Shown here: one piece after another, positions 51,126-60,577 of the stretch
Layout of the letters: every line of letters begins with the position of its first letter
Position numbering within the stretch: the stretch's first letter is position 1
Origin: a virus
Virus record (IMG/VR): IMGVR_UViG_3300048691_000181
Location: 42,964-106,963 of that record
Direction: 5' to 3' (one strand)
Length of the DNA: 64,000 bases
Notes under the pieces: generated by a model
The model's database searches: none
Told to the model about the DNA's origin: nothing
What the model saw: the letters and a program-made list of their open reading frames with translations, nothing else
Made by a program: the position numbers and the translations under genes

Positions 51126-51823
51126 CTCCAGTGTTTTTCTTCATCAAGGGAAAGCATTCCTTTTGAAGACTGTTTATAGTCTTCGATAAAGAAGACTAAA
51201 TTGTATTTATTAAGCCATCCCTCCCCTGATTCAGACATCAACCAAGATGTTAATGTTTTAGAGTAATTGAGGTCAATGGCTTTGCCACACCTATGCCCCT
51301 TGCCGCCCCAATTACGATACGTGGAAGTCACAATTATGTCGGGTGCAGAGTAATCTGCTAAATGTGCGAGCGCGTCACGTATCTCGTACGTGAGTTTATC
51401 TCTGCCCTGATTTGCCTTTTTCTGGTAAGTAACTCGGCTCGTTGCCTTTTGTAATCCCTCCAGCTCTTGAATGTCTGAATGGGAAATACTATCGCTATTG
51501 CTAATTTTCTTAACCAACGCAATCTTGGTAATAGCAAGTGTAACATTGGTATGCTTGATACCACGAATATGATGGCTATGACTGCCATCCAAAAAATAGT
51601 CATATTTTGTTTTTCTTAAGTTTTTGATTGCAAGCGTAGATTCTTCTCGAGGACACTCTAAGAGGTCTTTTATCGAAACTACGCTTACAATCGAATTAAA
51701 TGATGTTTTAACGCATATTTGAGTTTTCTTTTTCTCGAAACTCATAAGTGGGAGGATAGCCAAAATCCAGATTAATTTCTTAATTTGAATAAGCCACCTT
51801 CCCCCTTTATTTATATGTACCAT
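51077..51823 (-). CDS. Peptidase M15/Hedgehog-DD-peptidase-fold zinc peptidase with an N-terminal hydrophobic signal
   Basis: VTSTYR...GHRCGKAIDL...HVHV; KKLIWILAILPLMSF. Confidence 0.7.
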   Translation of the reverse strand: MVHINKGGRWLIQIKKLIWILAILPLMSFEKKKTQICVKTSFNSIVSVVSIKDLLECPREESTLAIKNLRKTKYDYFLDGSHSHHIRGIKHTNVTLAITKIALVKKISNSDSISHSDIQELEGLQKATSRVTYQKKANQGRDKLTYEIRDALAHLADYSAPDIIVTSTYRNWGGKGHRCGKAIDLNYSKTLTSWLMSESGEGWLNKYNLVFFIEDYKQSSKGMLSLDEEKHWRWVPWATGVHVHVNLK

Positions 51824-51842
51824 CTTTAAAAGATTAGTTATT

Positions 51843-52361
51843 TTAAACTGAAGCTACAGTATTCTGAACGTATAATTCGTAATCTGCCTTTAATTGGATA
51901 TACGATTTAGTATTCAAATCAGGATTCATGGGCAGTACGAGCTTTTGAGCTTTACTCACCATGAACACTTCTGCGCTTTGCAACTTCGACAAAGTTACAC
52001 CATTTTTGTCTAAATGGTTTTTTGGCACATACTTCTCAACATAAACATCGGGATTCTTATCTTTTTTTCCCTTGAAAGAAGGGTTGAAATAGCCTGATGT
52101 TGAAGAGCTGAACCATGTCGTATTTGGATTGAAATATACAGGTGCACCATTCTTATTTTGGAATGTGTGCATTAGCCCTGATTCAGTATAGCTAACATTG
52201 TATATTTGCTTGGTTCTTTTATCCCTTAAACAGACAAGATTATTTTCTACACCAAGCAGTCATTGAAGGAAAGGGTCTATGACCCTTTGTGTTGAGGATA
52301 CAAGTTTGGTCGCAAAAGTTACAGTATTGGTTTTGCCATTTGTGGCGTCAGTGGTATACAT
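51843..52361 (-). CDS. Hypothetical 172-aa protein with an in-frame TGA
   Basis: ATG 52359-52361 after aaatttcaaatta; frame broken only by TGA 52260-52262 (IDPFLQ*LLGVENN), then continues into track ORF 51843-52172. Confidence 0.65.
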
Positions 52362-52425
52362 TAATTTGAAATTTAATCGTGAAAAAAAATAAGGTGTATG
52401 TTTAGGTTAATTTGCAAATTGGATT

Positions 52426-54054
52426 TTATGTTAAATCATCGTAGCAAGAATCGCAAACCTTCTTGCCTTTATAGAGATTCTTCTGTTCTTCGTCAAAAGA
52501 ATCGCCACATTCATCACAAGTGAATGTTTCAGGCTCGTCCTCTACTTCATTATTTTCCTCGAAGCAGGAATTGCACCAACGGGGTGTTCCATCCGAGTTT
52601 TCGATAGCCTCTTCAATCGTTTCATCGCAATCATTCATCCTGCGTTCAATCTCAAGGTTGAAAAATTCCAGTCCTCCCTTGCAATCGCAGTCACAACACT
52701 CGAAGTTGTATACAACTTCGGGAAATAAATCTTGATTAGGTACTTCAATGGGAGTAGCTTCTACTCGACTTTCCTCTGGCATGCTAAAAACACTCTCTTC
52801 AGCTTTCACTGGTGTCTCAAACATAGAGTAGTCGAAAGCCAGAATCTTCTCTATGTCTAAGGGCTCAATCGGAATAGGTGTAGTATCCATCTTGAGTTTC
52901 TTAATTGTTGGAGCTGCCGCTTTCATCTCTAAGATGAGATTCCAGAGCTCACTATAAACCGTATGTCTTTTTTCGTACACCGTGGTCAAGAAGATAGAAA
53001 GTGCTTTATCATAGCACATCTTTCTGGTCAAGCCAATATTCCATGGTGTCTTGGCCATTTCAATACATGCATACATATATTGATTTTGTGCGACATACCA
53101 GTCTTCGTCGCAAATCTTTAATGTTCCATCAGGAACTCCTACCATCCGATACTCAACCACGTTATTATTTCCTTTAACCGTGCTATTGAACATTCCCTTT
53201 AATCGGGTATCTCCTGAACCAGCCGCGTGAAGAAAAGCGGTATTAGGAACTGCTCCTTGTTCTTCGAGCATGTTAAATGCTCGATTCTTCATGTTCATGA
53301 ACTGAATATCTTGCATCTCCTTAGAGAGGTTGCCTTGAGCGTCACCAATACACCAAAGTGCATTAGCATAATCCTCGCCTAAACCTTTTCTGTTTGAGAT
53401 TTCAAGAACAAAATCACGAGCAAACCAGATAAAATTCCAGAATCGAGTAATGTTTATTTTCTGGTCAACTGGAGTTGAACCCCACAACTCGATGGAAGTA
53501 TTTAAGTGGGTAGAAGCGTCTGGACACCCGTACTTAAAACCAAAGAGTTTTCTCCACCAGAGAATACGAGCAATCTCTACTTTGAACAGAGGCATTGCTT
53601 TTAACGAAAAAGGGGCTAAGACAATCTCGATACCACCTAAGTCGTTATTTACGGTTTTATCGAAGTGTGGTTCTGCTACGATTGCGGTTGACAGGTTTGG
53701 ATAAACTGCAACCCTTAAGCACTCGAGAATCATATTTCGAGTTTGATGCGGGCCCGTATTCAACGGAACCGCGAAGTTCTTTTTGCCCATTTGGAATCGA
53801 GAAAACTTCGTAGATTCGGTCATTACTTCGTTTTCTGAAAGCAGACTGATAATTTCCATGAAACGTGATACAGGAAATTCTTCTGCGCATTCCATCTCGA
53901 TTCCACAACCTAAGCCGTGAGAATCTTCTTGAATATACTCATCTTCGGATGAGTAGTGAAATTCAACCTCTTTGTTGATGCCATTGTCGCTCTTGACACG
54001 GCGCTTAATCACAATTGACGGTAGCGGTTTTAACGCCTTTAAGAACTTACTCAT
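52426..54054 (-). CDS. Amidoligase (COOH-NH2 ligase, glutamine synthetase-like fold) with an acidic Cys-rich tail
   Basis: GCGIEME, HFDKTV, GIEIVLAP, ASTHLN, VEYRM; C-terminal CCDCDC, CNSC, CDEC, CDSC. Confidence 0.72.
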   Translation of the reverse strand: MSKFLKALKPLPSIVIKRRVKSDNGINKEVEFHYSSEDEYIQEDSHGLGCGIEMECAEEFPVSRFMEIISLLSENEVMTESTKFSRFQMGKKNFAVPLNTGPHQTRNMILECLRVAVYPNLSTAIVAEPHFDKTVNNDLGGIEIVLAPFSLKAMPLFKVEIARILWWRKLFGFKYGCPDASTHLNTSIELWGSTPVDQKINITRFWNFIWFARDFVLEISNRKGLGEDYANALWCIGDAQGNLSKEMQDIQFMNMKNRAFNMLEEQGAVPNTAFLHAAGSGDTRLKGMFNSTVKGNNNVVEYRMVGVPDGTLKICDEDWYVAQNQYMYACIEMAKTPWNIGLTRKMCYDKALSIFLTTVYEKRHTVYSELWNLILEMKAAAPTIKKLKMDTTPIPIEPLDIEKILAFDYSMFETPVKAEESVFSMPEESRVEATPIEVPNQDLFPEVVYNFECCDCDCKGGLEFFNLEIERRMNDCDETIEEAIENSDGTPRWCNSCFEENNEVEDEPETFTCDECGDSFDEEQKNLYKGKKVCDSCYDDLT

Positions 54055-54932
54055 AAAAATCTCTTCGTTTCTTTTTTATGCAATAATGCAGCATTGTCGC
54101 TTTGAGCTCTTTCGAGCATATCGGTCAATACCGACATAAAGAATACACAGCCATATTTAAGTCCTGTGTTTTGAAATTCTCTATTTGAATCCGTATAATC
54201 CGTTCTTTCTGGATTATAGAGAATTCCAATGGAATTAGTGTCCTTATAATAGAAGGCAACAATATGTTTTTGCCTTCTTCCATTTTCATCCTTTAATGGA
54301 TGTTCGATATATGCCAGAGGGAAGAAGTTCGAGTCTTCAACATAAGAACGAATAATGAGACAGTCGTCAACGTCAATAGCGTAAGACAGCTTTTCAGAAC
54401 CATTGCAGTCCGTGTTTGCTCTTACTGCTTCAGGGAATTCCATTCTTCCTTCAGGAGTTAAGAACATATTTCTTTTGTTCTTAGAACTAAGATAAGGCAG
54501 TTCGGCTATATAACTGTCAGCTTTCAATAAACAGAGCGCAGAATGACCAAGATATATTCTCGGCTTAGCCTTTTGACAGTTATTAGCGATATAGCTGTCT
54601 ATGTTTACATCTGTTTCTCGAACAAGTGGATTAGAGAGACAGAAAGGTACATTAGGAATAATGTCCACAAGCGTATCACTTGCATGGAAACGGGCATATT
54701 CCGTTGCTTCAATATCGGAAGAAGCAGGTTCTATCCACTTGAATAGCCCTACCTGTTTGAGCATCCGATTAAGCCGATAATTCATTGTCGAGCTTTCTTG
54801 CTTGAACTTATGAACAAGTCCAATGGCTAAGCTTCGATTACGAAAACTGGTAACTTTATCTAAGGCGACTGGTAAATTATAACCAGTCTTCATTTTTGGA
54901 CGCGAGAAACGTCCTTCTAATTCTGTTGTCAA
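54051..54932 (-). CDS. Degenerate class I glutamine amidotransferase/peptidase C26-like protein
   Basis: RETD...KPRIYLGHSALCL (cf. PILGICRGAQ.L) and YYKDTNSIGILYNPE (cf. G.Q.HPE); ATGA-coupled to the amidoligase. Confidence 0.5.
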   Translation of the reverse strand: MTTELEGRFSRPKMKTGYNLPVALDKVTSFRNRSLAIGLVHKFKQESSTMNYRLNRMLKQVGLFKWIEPASSDIEATEYARFHASDTLVDIIPNVPFCLSNPLVRETDVNIDSYIANNCQKAKPRIYLGHSALCLLKADSYIAELPYLSSKNKRNMFLTPEGRMEFPEAVRANTDCNGSEKLSYAIDVDDCLIIRSYVEDSNFFPLAYIEHPLKDENGRRQKHIVAFYYKDTNSIGILYNPERTDYTDSNREFQNTGLKYGCVFFMSVLTDMLERAQSDNAALLHKKETKRFL

Positions 54933-54991
54933 TGTACTTTATTTTTATTGTGAGCGAATAAAAAGTTTGAGGGGTAATAATCCTTACTATA

Positions 54992-55822
54992 TCACTTAGA
55001 TGCTCTCTTAAGGCAAATAAATGTACCTACCTTCCAGTTCTTTACCACATTGGGTTTGTTGATGGAAGCCAGTTTTTCAACTGTTAAAGAAGGGTGTGTT
55101 GCTCGCATAACAGCTACAAATGAAATAGCTGTTGTTTTTTCTTGAATGGCAACCTTCTCGCTGCACCTGCAATTGTAGACCCTTTTTTCTACAATTGGCT
55201 TTACCACTAAAGGTCGTATGGTATTTTTTTGGTCAACCGCAGTTTCTTCAACAGTAGAAGTAGCGGGAATACCAGCAGGGGATTTGTTAGCACGCGCTAA
55301 TTTCTCCGCAGGGCTCTTCATCGGTTTAGCGGGTTTTTCTGCTGGAGACACTAATTCAATTGTGTCATATTTGACTTCCTCAATCGGAGGAGGTGTAGCC
55401 AAATCGCGTGATTTAGTGATTAAAGCCGTCTTAGCCGAGTCTAAGACTCTTTTACTGTAAGCTTCAGGATTCTCAATCACGAGAGAATCATCCGAAGTCA
55501 GAGCGGGTACTTTTACGTCGCGGTAAGGATCATTGTCCCGTGATGAGAATTTAGGCAATTCAGTAGAAATTCCTAAGGAGTCTACAAATTGGGTTGATTG
55601 TTCCGTGTTATAGGGAACGGAGTTGTGACAGCTCACGGTTAAGAGCATCATCAACGAAAAGAACACTGTCTTAGGAAGATTACTTTTAGAAAAGCAAAAT
55701 AAAATTGGAGCCGTAATGGTATTATAGAAGGCAGAATATGCCAAGTCGAATCTCTTTAACATAAAATATGGAATTTTAAAAGAAAAATAAACTAAAACTG
55801 AAACTAAAAAGGGCTTAAACAA
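54992..55822 (-). CDS. Putative lipoprotein with a C-terminal LysM-like domain
   Basis: Lipobox LLTVSC (Cys 55628-55630); P/A/K linker; LTVEKLASIN...WKVGTFICL. Real start probably downstream of 55822. Confidence 0.55.
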   Translation of the reverse strand: MFKPFLVSVLVYFSFKIPYFMLKRFDLAYSAFYNTITAPILFCFSKSNLPKTVFFSLMMLLTVSCHNSVPYNTEQSTQFVDSLGISTELPKFSSRDNDPYRDVKVPALTSDDSLVIENPEAYSKRVLDSAKTALITKSRDLATPPPIEEVKYDTIELVSPAEKPAKPMKSPAEKLARANKSPAGIPATSTVEETAVDQKNTIRPLVVKPIVEKRVYNCRCSEKVAIQEKTTAISFVAVMRATHPSLTVEKLASINKPNVVKNWKVGTFICLKRASK

Positions 55823-56862
55823 GCCAATGGGAGTAGGTAACTGTACGTTAAACTTTCTTCATCCCATGCATCTCGGCACCAAGCATAGTCGTCTTGCATC
55901 TCGATGATTGTGCCAACCATACTATCTCGCAAGAGCTCCAAGTTTTCTCTTGCTTTGTTTCCATTCATCGAATCAGAGGTAAGAAAAGTATCCTCAAATA
56001 TTCTCTGATTAACGGGATGTAATTCAGGCAATACCGTTCTTAAACGAACAAGATATCTTGAATTACGCTGGAACAGTATTTGTATATTCTGAGTATTCGA
56101 TTCCTCACTTGTTATGCCTCGTTGAAGCATATTGACTATTTTTTCATCTGAACCAGGCAGCTCAATAGTCGTTAGTTTATCTACTTTTTCGTGTGTCCAC
56201 AAGGCAGTAAATACCCTTTGAGATATATAGGCTGCCACGGAATTTTTCTCTGTTCCAGAGGTAGATTCTGGATTTGGAATAAGCTTCTTTATGTCAGAAA
56301 AGTCTGAAGCCTTTTTTAATTTATCCACTAATATTTTATGTGGATTAAAGGGAATATCCACATTAATAGGATGTAACCATGCTGGTATCTGAGTGTAGAT
56401 ACCGTTTTTTTCAAGTATACTCTTCCCTTTACAGGTAAGAAGTATGTTTATCCAAAAGGCACCTCCTCTCCGTGTAAGGTCTTTAAAGTCCTCTTGGCTG
56501 CCAAGTGTGTTTTCCGCAACGTGAAATTTTAGTTTATTTGTAGTTTCACGAAGGTCGCTTGTTGTCCACAATGGTGCTGGATAAGAGCGTTCACTTGTTA
56601 TGTCTGGTTCGTGTCGTTTGATAATACGCTCTATGAGGGCACTATCAAACATGAAAAATCCTTCGGGTATATCTACCTGCTCCATGTTCTCAACCTTCTG
56701 GTCAGGTAGATAGAATTCGACATTAAGGATGCCTCTTTCGCAATTCTTAATATTCCATTCAAAATCTTCTGATATAGCCACTTGGTCTCCTATGTTAAAG
56801 CTTTTTGAGTTGTCTAATCTTAGTTTCTTATTCATGACTATACTCTTTAGCTTTATTTTCAT
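55804..56862 (-). CDS. Paralog array member 4
   Basis: FNIGDQVAIS ... YAWC...LLPLACL. Confidence 0.6.
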   Translation of the reverse strand: MKIKLKSIVMNKKLRLDNSKSFNIGDQVAISEDFEWNIKNCERGILNVEFYLPDQKVENMEQVDIPEGFFMFDSALIERIIKRHEPDITSERSYPAPLWTTSDLRETTNKLKFHVAENTLGSQEDFKDLTRRGGAFWINILLTCKGKSILEKNGIYTQIPAWLHPINVDIPFNPHKILVDKLKKASDFSDIKKLIPNPESTSGTEKNSVAAYISQRVFTALWTHEKVDKLTTIELPGSDEKIVNMLQRGITSEESNTQNIQILFQRNSRYLVRLRTVLPELHPVNQRIFEDTFLTSDSMNGNKARENLELLRDSMVGTIIEMQDDYAWCRDAWDEESLTYSYLLPLACLSPF

Positions 56863-57874
56863 CTTCTATATTCTTCATCAGTAATAGGGGTAACTTTATA
56901 TAGCACTCCCTCGGAACTTCATAATCTCCTCCTGAACGAACTCTATTATTGGACATATACTTGAAAAGTCCATAATATTCTGTTGCTTTATCTACATGTG
57001 TCTCACATGTAGGATTCTTCATTTCCATCAGGACAGGAAAAATAAGCTCCTTTTTAGGATAAAAACGATAAACCTCCGTCGCTATGTCTATTTGGCCCTC
57101 AAGATTCCTATTCGAGTCCACATCTTCCGTAAATCGAAGATTGTTTGCTTGTTCCATATAGATATGTTTAGCTATGGCAATAAGCTTGAATGAAGCGGAA
57201 ATATGCTCGCTGACGATTGAATCGAATGTCGTATTTGTCATCATCCTGTCTCTAATTTCATACTCTATCTGCTGAGCACTATGTAGTACTTTCTTCACAT
57301 ACTCATCCGTTAAAGGAATAGATATATGTCGAACAGTTTTCTCTATTGGCAAGCCTTCAAATCCCAAATCTTTATTATCAGGATGCCCTTTATTCACAGG
57401 TGAACAGTAAGATAATTCAAGCCAGATAATAGACTCGTTTAAGACTCTAAGTCTTCTTATGTCCGTTATCAGCACGTACGGCAGTAAATCTTCCCTTGAT
57501 TCGCAATATGGAAATTCGTCTATGTTTAGCTTTATATCATAATAGGGCTCGCTCTCTGCTTGACGTAGAGACACATGAGCACCATCTGGGTTATTTGGAT
57601 GCTTCTCGTCTATACTCTCAAACGGAAGAATATAGTTATCGTCCAATTCCCATTCACGAGGAGAAAACCCTAAGAGCTCTATCGGCAGATAGAAGGCTAA
57701 GGATACATGGTCTTGAGTATCTCCTTGAAATTCGTATTGTGTATATGCGTGAAACATAATACATTTTTTACTTTTCACCAGTTCGCTATCTGCGGACTCT
57801 TTTATCTTTGCTAATGAGATATTCCATATCTCATTAAAGCAATACTCTTCCCCTATTTCATAAAATATATCCAT
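56828..57874 (-). CDS. Paralog array member 3
   Basis: YEIGEEYCFNE ... YGLF...KLPLLLM. Confidence 0.6.
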   Translation of the reverse strand: MDIFYEIGEEYCFNEIWNISLAKIKESADSELVKSKKCIMFHAYTQYEFQGDTQDHVSLAFYLPIELLGFSPREWELDDNYILPFESIDEKHPNNPDGAHVSLRQAESEPYYDIKLNIDEFPYCESREDLLPYVLITDIRRLRVLNESIIWLELSYCSPVNKGHPDNKDLGFEGLPIEKTVRHISIPLTDEYVKKVLHSAQQIEYEIRDRMMTNTTFDSIVSEHISASFKLIAIAKHIYMEQANNLRFTEDVDSNRNLEGQIDIATEVYRFYPKKELIFPVLMEMKNPTCETHVDKATEYYGLFKYMSNNRVRSGGDYEVPRECYIKLPLLLMKNIEDENKAKEYSHE

Positions 57875-58765
57875 TTAGTCTTCTTTTTGAGGATTAATAG
57901 AATAGTGAGTGAGTACGTAGAGTGGTATGTTCATCATAAAATTAGTCGGATGTCCGAACCATTCGACACATGCGATGATGCTATTCAATGGTGTTTGAAC
58001 CACAATCTTAGAGTCAATAGTCTCTATGTATTTGTACTTCTTTAACGCATCTGGATTAAAACGTCTAAGATTATACTCCTTTCTTTTCCCTTCATCATCT
58101 AATCTATCTATTTCCTTATTCGCCTTCCATATATGGCATATTTGCCCTCTAAGACACGTGGGCGAAGAATTTAAGTATTCTGCATCAGGAAGCATGATGA
58201 AGCCTCCTGATTCAAATATCTCATTCCCCAAGAAGATGCCTGCTGGATATATCTCTTCTTTTTTATCTTTTCCGCCGTTAAAGAAATTAGCCATTTCTAC
58301 CTGAAGAAAGTTGACGGGCTTCGGATGTCCCATCTTGTATACCGCTTCTTCGGTATTGGCAATTGATAAGAACATCGAGTGTTCTTGACGGAAATTGGCT
58401 CTTATTTCTTTATCGTAAGAAAGAAAATAAGAATTTATGTTTTCGGTCTCGCAAAAGTAGGTTTTCTCTTTTGCTGCTTGCTGGAACTGATTTTTTGGTC
58501 CAGTTTTAGAATGTGTGGTCAGGTTAGCTAAAGCTTTAGATAAATAAGCTCTAACCATAAAAAATCCATTTCGCTTTTGCTCTACGGAGTCCTTTGTTCC
58601 AGCTAAATTATATTCGCCTATGGCGATATAGTTAATAGCAGGCTCGTTAAAAGTGACAATATCTCCAATCGAGTAGGATTTATGTTTTTGAGGCGCAATA
58701 GGTATGTAAAGCTTTTCCTTTGCTATCGCCTCCTTTCTTTTTTTATTTTTGAATTTATCTTCCAT
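57875..58765 (-). CDS. Paralog array member 2
   Basis: YSIGDIVTFNE ... IACVEW...NIPLYVL. Confidence 0.6.
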   Translation of the reverse strand: MEDKFKNKKRKEAIAKEKLYIPIAPQKHKSYSIGDIVTFNEPAINYIAIGEYNLAGTKDSVEQKRNGFFMVRAYLSKALANLTTHSKTGPKNQFQQAAKEKTYFCETENINSYFLSYDKEIRANFRQEHSMFLSIANTEEAVYKMGHPKPVNFLQVEMANFFNGGKDKKEEIYPAGIFLGNEIFESGGFIMLPDAEYLNSSPTCLRGQICHIWKANKEIDRLDDEGKRKEYNLRRFNPDALKKYKYIETIDSKIVVQTPLNSIIACVEWFGHPTNFMMNIPLYVLTHYSINPQKED

Positions 58766-58770
58766 GCTTG

Positions 58771-59790
58771 CTAACTCGAATTGTATTTTTTAATCAGACA
58801 AGTAGGAATTATTCCGAGCATCCGCTCTTCCTCGTTAAAGAGCGGTGCTGATTGTTCGATAAACTCTACAATGGCGTAGTGTTTATCGTTGAATATCTTA
58901 TTCGCAGTCAAGCCTTCTTTATAGAAGCGCATCTTAGAGATTACTTCTATCTCTTGACCTTGCGATGTGAGAAAGGAACGGGCCTTAGTTCCTTCTATTT
59001 CAGCATCCGTCATCTTTGTAAACATAGACTCTATTCTAAAGTCTATGCCTTCTAAGTTGACGAGAAGCTTTATGTGCGGATAGTCTGGCACTTTCTCAAT
59101 AAAGTTGGGCTGTGCTACTGTTTTGGAGTTCTTTTCTTGAGCTTCAAACTCCTTAAACATCTCTATTCTTTCCCTTAGTGCGTTTTTAATACGCGTGTAA
59201 AAGAGAGAAAGGTTGGGTACAGGACAAGAGACTTCCCTGTACTCAGTAGCAGCTTCTCGAGCCCCTTGAAATCGAATAGCATCAGAAGTTGCATAGCTTG
59301 AGCCTTTCTTATCAAGCTTGTGTCGATTGGGGTCTTTATTATCTTCTTTTATCCTTTCAAGGAACATTCTTAGTTTCTCGTTATCATAGACTTTACAGTC
59401 TTCAATCAACATGTCCTTAAAAGGCCAGGCAGAGTAAGTATTATATAAATCCCTTGCGAATTCTTCTATAACAGCGATTTTTCCTTGCACCGTATTGCGA
59501 TATGCAATCTTGGTTGCCAGTGCTGTTTTTTGAAGAATAAAGTTCTTTTCTGGTTGAACAAATTGGCTGTATATGTATTCATAATCCTGTTTGTCTAACT
59601 GCTTGTTAGGGATTAGATTATGTGCCAATGTGTTTAAAGGGATAATGATAGATACGCTCTTCTTGTTGAAGAAACATATGTCGCCTATCATTATCTTATT
59701 TTTTAGGTCTTGTAGTTTCTTAGCTGAGGCAGCGCTAACAGCATTGCCCCCATTTTGTGGTCTACGCCCTGCTCCTAAGTCACCATTCAT
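58771..59790 (-). CDS. Paralog array member 1
   Basis: IMIGDICFFNK ... YAIVEF...IIPTCLI. Confidence 0.6.
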   Translation of the reverse strand: MNGDLGAGRRPQNGGNAVSAASAKKLQDLKNKIMIGDICFFNKKSVSIIIPLNTLAHNLIPNKQLDKQDYEYIYSQFVQPEKNFILQKTALATKIAYRNTVQGKIAVIEEFARDLYNTYSAWPFKDMLIEDCKVYDNEKLRMFLERIKEDNKDPNRHKLDKKGSSYATSDAIRFQGAREAATEYREVSCPVPNLSLFYTRIKNALRERIEMFKEFEAQEKNSKTVAQPNFIEKVPDYPHIKLLVNLEGIDFRIESMFTKMTDAEIEGTKARSFLTSQGQEIEVISKMRFYKEGLTANKIFNDKHYAIVEFIEQSAPLFNEEERMLGIIPTCLIKKYNSS

Positions 59791-60563
59791 CTTTTCTTTT
59801 TAGAGTTTGAAAATGCTATATTAAGGTCTATATTCCCTTTAGATGATTCAATTTTCCCTTTATCTGTATATTGAATCATACATATAGGATTCTTAATGTC
59901 CCTATATGCGAACTCACTATTTTCAAGAATATCTTCTATATTCTTATAATGGGCTAACCAAAGAGGATAAGCATGAAGAGATAGAATTGGAAGTATCCAG
60001 CTCTCGTAATAGTCCTTATTCGTATAAATAATAGGTGTCCTTTTGGTAAGACGTGCTATCTCTTTAACAAACTGAACTAACTCCTTTTCCTCTTGTTTTC
60101 TTCGGTTAGGAAGAAAGAGATTGTCCTTTATAGGAGGATTCTTCTCAATGTCTATAACAGGAGCGAGAGTTATTACATCTCTATACGTCTCCCACTGTTT
60201 AAGGAAACTCTTTACTTGGTTGGGAACAGACTGATTCCACTTATAGAAGTGATAAATGCCTATATCTGAACCAGAGTAAATCTTGTACCTTCTTATGTTT
60301 TCCATGTTGAAGCTCAATGACTTATCTGGAACAGTTCCGCAAGTTGCTCTAAGGTAGATAAACTTAATTGCCTCTCGTTTCTCGTACATCAGCCCCCAGT
60401 CTATTGAGTTGTATTGGCTAATGTCTATGCCTACCTTTCCATTAGAAACTAAGGCGTTATTCGATGCTGTTAAAGCTTCTTGGACATCACTTATCTTGGT
60501 ATATTTTGGAGAGCCAGCGATAAGCAAGATTCCCAATAAAGAAAATACAAGATACTTTATCAT
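59787..60563 (-). CDS. GH25 muramidase (lysin) with an N-terminal signal/TM segment
   Basis: GIDISQYN, YLRAT.G, GIYHF, VIDIE (DxE), IIYT, LWLAHY, QYTDKG, DLN. Confidence 0.9.
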   Translation of the reverse strand: MIKYLVFSLLGILLIAGSPKYTKISDVQEALTASNNALVSNGKVGIDISQYNSIDWGLMYEKREAIKFIYLRATCGTVPDKSLSFNMENIRRYKIYSGSDIGIYHFYKWNQSVPNQVKSFLKQWETYRDVITLAPVIDIEKNPPIKDNLFLPNRRKQEEKELVQFVKEIARLTKRTPIIYTNKDYYESWILPILSLHAYPLWLAHYKNIEDILENSEFAYRDIKNPICMIQYTDKGKIESSKGNIDLNIAFSNSKKKR

Positions 60564-60577
60564 GTCCTATTGCTTTG

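Noticed and set aside
38151-52262. Selenocysteine or Gly (code 25) meaning of UGA
   Set aside because: The sites are not in Cys/redox motifs, no common SECIS-like hairpin was evident, and TGA is far too rare for a code-25 genome. Not formally excluded.
54917-54994. Readthrough extension of the LysM-like gene
   Set aside because: The domain ends naturally at the TGA, the context is UGA-U, and the extension runs through an AT-rich leader into another TGA.
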